From: Catajapyx aquilonaris
Lineage: Eukaryota
DNA length: 55,780 nt
Assembly: GCA_000934665.2 (NCBI GenBank)
Contig: JYFJ02002511.1
Span: 1-55,780 of the forward strand
Direction of reading: 5' to 3'
Below, in pieces: positions 1 to 9,900 of this stretch. The notes under the pieces were generated by a model. It was not told the DNA's origin, did no database searches, and saw only the letters and a list, made by a program, of their open reading frames with translations. How positions within the stretch are numbered: the first letter of the stretch is position 1; each line of letters begins with the position of its first letter. A program made the position numbers and the translations under genes.

Positions 1-157
1 CGGCTACGCCGGCGGTGCGAACACAACGCAGCACCCGTCCCTCGGCCCAACTTGCCCTCCGCGAGTGGGAAAAATCGTCGTGATCGTGCGCCCTTAAGTA
101 AAAAAAATCACGTCAGACACTACGCAGGGGAATTAGTGTAAGTGTTTTCCGATTTCG

Positions 158-406
158 TCACAATCGCCTGATGAAAATTTGCTCGATGAAAACCCGCCCA
201 ACTTATACTATATTCGCCCAATGCAAACTCGCCCGATATGCCGGAACAAACTCAAGCAGTCCTGGCATGTATGCCGGTATATCGGACGAGTTGGGATCGG
301 GCGAGTTTTCTTCAGGAGACTATGTACGTTGGGCGAATTTTCATCAGGCGAGTTGTTGTTGGGTGAATTCCCGTCAGGCGAATGTGCATCGGGCGAATTG
401 GTGTGA
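158..406. mobile_element. Foldback/MITE-like element built from ~15-bp subrepeats in inverted orientation
   Basis: Right arm 284-405 has about eight ~15-bp units (ggacgagttgggatc, gggcgagttttcttc, gggcgaattttcatc, aggcgagttgttgtt, gggtgaattcccgtc, aggcgaatgtgcatc, gggcgaattggtgtg). Left arm ~161-240 has the reverse-complement units (aatcgcctgatg, aacccgccc, attcgccc, aactcgccc). Superfamily not assignable. Confidence 0.6.
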
Positions 407-1176
407 TGCTCGTTTTTCCCCCCCAAAATTTTCATTACCAAAATTTTCAACCAGATAAGTTAGGTCACGGAAGAATTAAGCTGGTGGTCCCGATGATGAA
501 AAGAAAGAGATGCGGCAATGTAGCCACATTGCCACATTTCTCTTGTTGTTTTTTTTAGCTTTCCAGTTTCATCATACAGTCTCGGGTGTTGTCTGTGGCC
601 AGATGTGGAATGGTCGACACGAGGGTGCCATAACTAGCACATCGTTTTTCGGCCCCAGTTATGGATCACCCAGATAAAACTTTGTTTACATAAGAGTGAC
701 GCAAAAGGACACCAAATCTGGAAAATTTTAAGCATTTATATCCCTTCCCATTCAAAAAACCCTAAGTAACACTTCCACTGATTTGTATGCAAGGTTTTAC
801 TTTCTACGTGTCTCTTAGCGAATCCGCTTAGTAAAGCAAAATTGTGAGGCAAAAATCGGAGGTGACACATTCACGGGCTTTTCATTCACTAAGTAGGTCA
901 TGAATGGTACAATGTTGCGATCAGTTAACCTCAAAGGGATGTGAAAAGAAGCCAGATGTCTCATTTCCACTCAATATTGTTGCGTTCCATTGTTATTTAG
1001 GTTCTAAGTCACCACTGGGGCACCTACCTGAGTACATGTTCATGTGAATATTTTAGGATTCTCCTATTTCATCCATTGTCCATAAACCCCTACTTTCCTA
1101 TCATTTTCTTTCCATACCTCAGATCTTAGTTGCCTCACACAGCTCCCCTGATTAACCAATCATTACAATATTTTGA

Positions 1177-1449
1177 TGAGGGCGACACGGTGGCCGAGTG
1201 GTTAGCGCCGCAGCCTTCCACCTCTAAGATCCTGGGTTCGATCCCCGGATCGGATGGAGGATACTTATGTGGATAGAGATTCGATGGGTTCTCTCCGTGT
1301 TCGCGTGGGTTTTCTCGGGGTTCTCCCGTTTCCTCCCACTATCGAAATCCATCACATTACAGGCAAATGATTAAAGTCGGTTATTCAAGCCTAAGAGGCT
1401 CAAGGGGCCTATCACGGGGTATCCATTATTATTATTATTATTATTATTT
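1177..1449 (+). mobile_element. tRNA-derived SINE with V-domain-like core and (ATT)n tail
   Basis: A box TGGCCGAGTGG 1191-1201, B box GGTTCGATCCC 1235-1245. Core ~1267-1345 gttctctccgtgttcgcgtgggttttctcggggttctcccgtttcctcccac resembles the V-SINE conserved domain. 3' stem-loop agcct-aag-aggct 1388-1400, (att)n tail 1425-1449. Perfect 18-bp TSD atcattacaatattttga at 1159-1176 and 1450-1467. Confidence 0.92.
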
Positions 1450-1551
1450 ATCATTACAATATTTTGACTGGGATGGTACATCCCTACTGGACAACAAGTA
1501 AAAATTCCTGAACCTCCAAATGGTCATATGATGTGGCTGTGATATTTGCAG

Positions 1552-4500
1552 GCCAAGAGACAGCGTTTGGCAACCGACAGAGAAGGAAGCAGTGCCAGTA
1601 ATGAAGGCGGAAGTGGTAGGGAAGAAGTGACCAACGGAGATGTGCTGGATGGTCAACTGGAAGTCGCAGAGGACTTGCAAGAGTTGCTGTGTCAAATTGC
1701 CAGAGACTATGTGCAGCAGCAGAATGGGGAGCAAGATGGAGTACGGCAGGTCAGATAACATACTGATTGATCCATAATTACCATCACAATGTGTCAGCTG
1801 CATTTTTTCTGTTACTGTGACTCATTCCAGTCCTTCTTCACTTCATTCTTATCTCTTCTTCTAATGCAAAGTTATCTGAAACCCATGAAATGGTGGTATT
1901 GGGAGTTGCAGACAAAAACTTGTGATAGCTGTCATATTCTGTCCTGATAAGGCGCACACCAAGGTTAGCCTAGGGCAATGGCAATACAAGAAAATGTGTG
2001 TGATTTTCCTGGATGGAGTGTTAGGCTGACAAAAGTGCCACCGACTTTTCAAAACTTACTCCAATACCTGATACAGCACCTTGGTGCGAGTGCCTTAAAG
2101 GTATGCAATTGATGTTAAAGACCTGTTTCGAGCGGCATAAAAAGCAATTTGACAACACACTAACATGTCCAGAATCTCTGTGTTTGAAATTCGTGGAATG
2201 ATGCATGAGAAAAGGGCAGGGAGTTACATGCGAAATGATTACATTATGCCTGATATATGCCAAACAGAGTCTAAAATTTACTTGCAGGCCGGGGCATAAT
2301 GCTGTTGGAATCTTGTTATTTGCGGCATTTGCATTTTTTTGCACCAATGTGAACTGTTGGAAGCTGTTTTGTGAACTTGATTGTGAAATCCTGTGAGGAG
2401 TTTTATGGCTTTTGAAGGAAGCAAGGGCTCAAGTTACCGTTGGGATCAGCAATGTTGGGGGATGACTCAGAAACGCAAAGGCTGGTACAACGGTTGAACC
2501 AGTTTGAATTTCTGGAGGTTTTCTTCAAGATGTCTCATGTCACTTACATGTCACCTCCAAAAAACGTCCTCTTGTGACACAAGTAAACCTGAGTAAACCA
2601 CATAATCCCTTTGCAGTAACCCTTATCTCATGTTGATAATCAGATTGATTCATCCCTTAATCTAGATTGGAGTCACATCTTGAATGTATTTCAAGGTTGG
2701 AAATGATATAAAATTGTTTTGTCTATAGGATTCCAGGAATGGAGGTGGTGGCGCTGGGGAGGGGAAGGGTCCTGAAGAAGCAGGAGCCGGGCCTAGAAAA
2801 GGCAGACCAGTAAGCAGAAGATCTCAGGGGCAGAAGAGGGGGCGTGGAGGCGGAACCAAGGGAAGAGCGCCAGCTGCGGGAGAAGAGGCTGGGCCTTCCA
2901 CATCCAGGCCTTCTCCCTCCAATAATGAAGCACCCCCTCCCAATCCTCCCGAACCTGTAGAACCCCCACCACCCCCACCTCCACCACCACCACCGTCTCC
3001 TCCACCTCCACCACCACCAATGGATCCACTCCCATCCACAAGCAACACCAGAAGCAACTGCTTCAATGTAAGTTTTACATTTGGTGTATCTATACATTAG
3101 CCCATAAGATTAGGGTCTTTGTTGCAAAAGGGTCCAATGAGATCACTGCTGATGTTTCGTCTCCAACGCGAGTATACAGTTGCAGATGTCAGTGAGGAGA
3201 TGTCTACTACAGTAAATTCATGTTAGAACAATCATTAAAACCTCTGTAATATTTTTACCCACAGTGGTACCATACACAGATGAATGCATGCCAGAATGTA
3301 ACGAGTTTACCAATTTCTGCTACTGTTCAGCCTTTTTCTTACTGACATGCCAGTGTTTGTTTGGAAAGTTGATCTAGTTAATTACATTAATTTTTTTGTT
3401 TGTAGTCTGGTGATTTTATAGCCCTGAAGACAGACTTAGAGAATATCGATCATCCCACCATCTGGAGGGTAGATGGGCAGACTTTGCTTCAGAAATATGC
3501 GCCTTTTGAAAGAGCAGGAAGGACATGCCACAGGAACATTTCTACTGTGAGTTTTGTGAAGATCTTGTGATGGTTCCTGAAGAATGCCAAGTCACTTTAT
3601 TTATATACGTACCATTTAACAGTTCACAGCATGGATGCCATCAAGGTTTGCAGAGTACCAGCTGGTCCATGTTAAGTGCATCATGCGCACAAGGAATGAG
3701 ACTGTTGTGGAGATGTTACGTCCATCGGGGAATGTGGCAGGGGCAAATCAGGTTGGAGCAGGTGAAGTTGCGGGCAGATTGGAAGATGGAGGTGACATAA
3801 AAGAGAATGGGTACGCGCTGGAAGAAGGGGACTACATGGGAGCGGACGAAGGAGAAGAGGGGCAGTTTCAGGATTGCTTCCTAGTCTATGTGCAGGCTGT
3901 ACTATCACAGGCATTGCTACCCTCATTTTTGACGGAGATCATAGAAGAAAAAGGTAAGGTATTGAGGGGATCATACGAAACTGCATGACTAATTTTGCCC
4001 TTTTCAATTGACAGATGAATTTTTCCTCATTCCCATCCGCCGAGTTGACCGTCTCACTCAGACATTGAGCCACCGTCTAGCAGCAACATTCAAGTCACCA
4101 AGTGACAATGTTTTCCAGGTAATGTCATAAAATTATATTACTCGCCATACATGACACACTCTTCAACATCACGATGGTTCACACTTTTTCGATCCAACTT
4201 GCTATGATGTTATCAGTGACAAAATAATATTTATGTACATATTATTTTTCTTTGCAGAAATCAGTGTTCAGTCGCCCCTGTTTAGTAAAGTGGTACGGGT
4301 TTGAAGGATATGATGCTGCCTATTTAGGTGGTGGTAGTGGAGAGGATGGCAGCCCAGGGGGGATCCAGTGCATAGTCTGTGGTGTCAAGGGAAAGGCTTG
4401 TAGACAACTGTGTCTCTCTGGTCCTCTCTACAACAAGGCAACATTGGCCATCACCAACAGTGTACATTTCATATCCACCAAGGTAAATTCATAACGATTG

Positions 4501-4932
4501 TGCATCTAATACTTTCTGATGGTAGGTGTAACACCATATTGGCTGATCATATTTCCTATTTGTCATGCGCAGGAATGCAAGGTTTGTGTGGATTGCTTGG
4601 AATGTGTGACCCTCAGCCATCGTCTGGCTCATCACAAATGGAACCTGATGGAACAGTGCAAGCAGCTGGTTGAAGAGTTGAATGGCGGCCCATTGGACCA
4701 GGGAGGACCGGTGGTGCTGGCAGGACCTCCAGGTGCCAATATCCCTCCTCCACCCCCGCCAGTAGCAGGTGCGGCCCCTGCACTTGGAGCTGGAGAAGTT
4801 TCTGAGCTCCTGGCCAAAGTAATGGAAAATGATGACTGGCTCAAAAAACTCACAAATGAGTTCAAATCCCTTTGCACTCAGGCCCATTCACATGTGCGGG
4901 CAAAGGATGAACCTCCCCTCAAATGGACTTGA
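1552..4932 (+). CDS. DUF4211-domain protein, QSER1/PRR12-like (5' end unresolved)
   Basis: Phase-consistent GT-AG exons 1552-1749, 2729-3067, 3406-3546, 3623-3953, 4015-4118, 4258-4482, 4573-4932(TGA), about 565 codons. Encodes a polyproline tract, SGDFIALKTDL..PTIWRVDGQTLLQKY..RNISTFTAW, F..YVQAVLSQAL..FL.EI..KDEFFL, CIVC..LSGPLYNKATL and CVDC..HRLAHHKW, as in the DUF4211 C-terminal region. No start exon identified. AATAAA at 5386-5391. Confidence 0.75.
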
Positions 4933-5567
4933 TCTAACCACTGTTAGGTTGATCAACCCCAACAATTTTCCATCAAATTGCATTGACTGAATGTGTATGT
5001 TTTATTTGCCACAGTGTAGAAAATTATCCAAGGTGTTGCGTTGCGGGAGTGTTTGGCCGCCTTTTTTTTCCTTTTTTTTTTTGGATGCTCTCGCTGTAGC
5101 ATTTTAAAAAATAGTGATGACTGTAGAATGACAGAAGACACGAGCGATGATTGAGGTCCTTTTGGGTGGTCATGAACTGACCTCAGACGTGGATGGCTGG
5201 AGTGGATGTGACCTGTTTTAGATGTTTACACCGTATTTAACCTGCATCTGGGAGGAATGACAAGCAGCGCAAAAGTCATCAGGCCAGTGTGGTCCAAGCT
5301 CAGTTCGCATCCATCCGAAGGACCCCAGCGTGTGAATGTTGTTTGTGCAACTGGTTGTTCATAAATCTAGACCAGTAATGTTGTCAATAAATATTGTTCT
5401 CCTTGCTTATAATCCGTGTTTGAAATCTGTGGAACTCTCATTGATTTTTCAGACTAGCAGTGAACCCATTGCCAAAATTTGCCAACAATACTGCATGGTT
5501 GGTTGATTGATTAGGAAGGAGCCAAAGAAACAGGCCATCTGGCTACAAGCAGATGGAGTCAGAAATG

Positions 5568-5626
5568 ACATGCACGTTGGTGATGAGTCAACGCATGCAG
5601 GGACGGAGTCACGCCTAGCCAATTCT
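5568..5626. repeat. Dispersed short repeat, copy 1 (contains TGAGTCA)
   Basis: acatgcacgttggtgatgagtcaacgc...agtcacgcctagccaattct recurs inverted at 17530-17583, and its first 23 nt recur exactly (inverted) at 30811-30833. Confidence 0.75.
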
Positions 5627-6949
5627 AAATACGATGATGAGAATCACCGGTGAGATTTGTAGCCGTTACTTGCAATAGCGGCTTGTCGTCCACGCTGGTT
5701 TGTCCACCAATGAGAGTGCGAGGAGGTGTCGGGTGCTGCCACCCCCTTGCGGTGCGGCAGGCGGTGAAACTACCACCTGTTTTATTCCCCCTTCCCCCCC
5801 CCCTGCCCTCCCTTCCCCCCCTCCCTATAATCCTTCCATCGTTTTTGTACATCTGGTGCCGCCGCACGTCTTTTCGGTGCATACTCGCAGGATACGTCCT
5901 TTTTTTTCTTTCTGTCAGGGCAGGCCGAAGGCAAGTGTGGGGCTGGATCAGGGGTTGGCGGGGGCCGGCCCCGGGCAGTGGTTACGGGCGGTTAAGGGGA
6001 AGGGGTGCGGGGAATGGAGGGACAATGGGCCAGGCCTAGTCCTGGTGGTGGGGGAGGGGTGTCTCTCTGCCTTGCTGCTTTTGCCGGAGGGGTGGGAAGG
6101 AGAGACGGGGTGTGAGGGCGGGGGGGTAGACACCGGCCACTTGCACATCAGACACACACTCGGGCAGTGGTACGGAATCGCTGTGGGTTCAGGGGGTGGC
6201 GTGGTCAGCATCAGTGTTTGTGGGGCTGAAAGGGTTGTGTGACTTGTAAGGTGGGTTTGTTGGCCTTGTGGCTAATCTTAGCAGATCCTGTCAACAACTT
6301 GTGACTGTGGGGGTTGCTTTTGGGATAGGCACTTTTCCTGCTCTGTTGCTTTTGCCATTGAGTGTGTCTTACTCAGGCAAAGTAATGGCCATGTACTTGG
6401 GGACAGAAAATTTAAATGTGGTTGACCCCGGATGTAACGAAGGGGTAAATCACTTGGCAGTTGAGCCTACAACGGACTTCTAAAACGCCGGGCTTGGCAC
6501 GATATTATCATTAGTAACAATTTACCAAGCAATACTGAAAACTGGGAAGGCCTTGCTCTTACTGGCGTGCGGGAAGCTGAGGGGGCTGGGGGCAGCTTGG
6601 CTATGTCGCAAAGGCAGATTGATTTTGATCTATATTAGCGACACAGTCCGCTGCCCCGACCGACTACTACCCTCCCGCCTTCCGCATGCCAGTAAGAGCA
6701 AGTACAGCCGAAAACTGGAGGTGTATCATAATACTTGCACAAGCATCTCCTGGATTTTGTTGTGCCACGACCGGTATTGAAATACACTTGTACGTGATTT
6801 AATTTGACGGGTACATAGTTCCCAGATGTGATTGTGTGGGTATAAAATCTTAGTAAATACAGTATTTTCCATCATGTAACCATACACTTGTTCTCGGCTT
6901 ATTCAGAGTTCTCTGTTTCTCTTAGGAATCCAACTAGAAGGGGGTGGAT

Positions 6950-9900
6950 ATGCCGTCTGCATCTGAGAAAAAGCAGGCGTCCGCCGTCATGACTGGCGGC
7001 GGAGACGCGGAAGGTGGAAAGAAAGGGAAAGGACGTCGGGGAAGTGCTGCTGCGGATAAGGAGGTGAAGACTGGCGGTGGAGAGAAGAAGGGCAAGGGGA
7101 AATCAAAGTCCCCCCCACCTGTTGTTGTGGAGGCGACCCCATCACCTCAGCACCCCGACATTTTTCCTGAACCAGCGCAGATCATGATGAATGCTCTGGC
7201 TGCCAAGATTTCCGAACTGAACAAGGCCAAGGTATCCATCCTAGAACCCAATTTTTATGTGGATTGTGAGAATTTGTAAGGAGTTGGGGCTGTATGTAAC
7301 TGTTCTTGGATGAAGATCAATCAATTTAGAACAGTTCTCTCGTAAATGTTCAGAACAAGCAGTGCCATACAATTGCTTTGTAGCAAGTTTTACTAGGAAA
7401 GAAACTCACAGGGACTGAGTCAATGACATTTTTCCCCATTGTTTTCTCTGAAATAATCTCATATCTGGATCTTGATTGGACAGTTGGCTTCATGCCCAAA
7501 GCAAGGTGTTCTCTCTTGATAACTGGCATTTTCCTGAATGCAGTAGGACTCTGGTGTGTCACTTCAAGAGATAATATTTTTATCTGAGGTAGCTTAAATG
7601 ACGCACCATTTTTGAGGAGAAAATAAGGTGTGAAGCATACTTTCATTTAATCGCTAAGTTAAGCAATGACGTGATTAAATTATCATGAAAATGCATTAAA
7701 TTTTTTTTTGCAAATAATGTACTGTCCTCATGGCAGTTTCTGCACCATGTGCAAAAAATGGCAAATAAATGTCAATCGCCCTATTCTGAACTCAAATTGG
7801 ATGAAACTCCTGTGTTTGATATATCTAGGACAAGTCCGCAATTTCTCGATGGTGTCACATGCAATTGGGAGGTTGGGAAGCAATCAATCTCATTTGACCT
7901 CTTTAGAATATGATTTGATATGTAATATAGGGGCAATCTGTATGACCCTGTGGATTGGGGCCATTATAGCATGCGGATGGCTCATGGTAGTGAATTAACT
8001 CGGCCCACACAAGTTCTTGGGAGTTCTTGGGGGAATGGCTTGAAGTATCAGATGAAATAAAGTATCATAGCCATCCCCAGTTTTTTAATGTGACCAATTA
8101 TTACATTCTTAGTGAGAACTGCACAAGTTGGTTTCAATTAAATCAAAAATAGAATTGCCTGAATTATAGTCATATACAATGGGCATTACACATTTGCAAT
8201 CAGTAGTTTATTTATGATGTTTGGAGCTCAATGTCACAGGACTGAACCCATCTAAAAAATTCAAACATAGGTAGGTCAATCAGGATTCGCTCTCCTCTTG
8301 TGAAAGATGTGGCTCAAAGAAATATTTTAAAGTTTCATTTTCCTTTGTGCTGCCGTGTGTTACGAATGACACCTGCCTCAATTCAAGCGATAAGCCTATC
8401 ATGTGATTAAGAGCCATTGCCCTTGCCATTGTCATTCAAGAATGAGTCAGTGGAAGGCATCCACAGCAGTGAAATTATGAATTAATCAATTCAGGAAGTT
8501 TTTCTGCAGTTGTGCTGAGATGTGATGTAAATATTACAGAATAAGAAGTTGAACCTCAGTGGGTGGTGTAATAAACTTTTGTTAGAATTGTGTTTTAAAT
8601 AAGTCATTAATCCTGTTTCACAAAGTCAGCGTTGCGAAAGTGTGGCGTGTGGAGCACGGAAAACTTGCGAAGGGCTATTCACAAATGCTGCGTGCGAAGT
8701 CCAAGCGCAGGAGTTGCTCTGGGTCCCACCGGGTGGACTTTCTGCTTTCAGGGAGCAGCAGGCCCACACGCCCTGCTGTCGCAACGCTGAGCTTGTGAAA
8801 CAGGCTTTAGTGTTAAAATTGCAGAAATGATGACAAGGCAAGATTATTTATGGCTATGTAACCCATATCTAAATAATTTTGAATGAGTTTGTTTGTGAGA
8901 GCGGTATTGTAATACTCACCTTTTTTTCCTAGGGGAAAGTGGAGGGGGAAGGTGCAGAGACAGTAGATGCACAGCTGCAGCTTGCCATGGAGCTGGAGAG
9001 TGGATTCCGTGAGGCGGCAGAGGAGTATGAACGCACCTCTCGGAAGGCCCGTAGGAGGGAGGAGTACGACCGTCGGAGAGAAGAAGCAGCCAAGATACGT
9101 GAGGTGCTGCTCATCCAGGAGGCCCTCAACCACCTGGGTGATGAAGCAATTCGCAAGGACTTCTTGGATGGTACCAATGGAGCAGAAACTATCCAAGCTT
9201 CAGACATGGCTATTATTGATGACTTCTTTAAGCTGGCTTGTCCACAGAGGACACCAGGCGGGATTCCATTCCAGGTGAGATCATTTCTCTTGGTTGATGA
9301 TGTTTTCATTTCGCAATTATGCTATCCATGCAATGAGGCATGCCTCAAATTTGAACCACTTGATTGTAGTCTTACACTTAGTCATATTGCATTCACAGGA
9401 GCAGCTTGAGGAAGCATCATGGCACCTGCTTCGTGTGACATATGGAAAGACCAGCAAGGTGGCAGCCTCACCCACCGCCACTGTAGCTAACTCCGCTGTG
9501 GCTGCCACAGGAACTGGCACTGTTCCTGGTCAGCCACCGTGCACCTATCGCCATCTGAAGGAGCTGTTCCATCGCATCTCTCAGTGCGGGTATTTTGACC
9601 GGATGCCAGTGGAGGAAGAGGTTGAGGAAGAGGTAGAAGAGGTGGTAGAAGAGGAGGTACCAGTAGCTGCAGATAACGGAGATGTAGCACCTGAAGAGGA
9701 AGAGGAAGTGGCAGTGGTAGCTGGCAATGAAAACGGGGAAGTGGAGATGGAAGAGGAGGAAGAGGAAGAGGATGAAAGAGAGGTTGTGAGTGGCAACAAT
9801 GGGATGATTGTTGCTGCATCAGCTCTCTCAGCTGAGGAGAACAGGGTGGCCCACACTGCTGCCCAGGAACACTTCAATCACATGCACCATATTGAACAGG

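Noticed and set aside
284..405. CRISPR-like repeat array
   Set aside because: Contiguous degenerate 15-bp units without unique spacers, eukaryotic context, no cas genes.
171..458. ORFs of 75-95 aa with repeated SPD/GE motifs
   Set aside because: Translations of the 15-bp repeat element.
1180..1250. Functional tRNA gene (Gly-like TCC loop)
   Set aside because: Acceptor and anticodon stems do not pair; it continues into a SINE body with tail and TSD.
8340..8470. Possible H/ACA snoRNA in Caprin intron (hairpin followed by ACA)
   Set aside because: Only the 3' hairpin is convincing; no proper ANANNA box or 5' hairpin.
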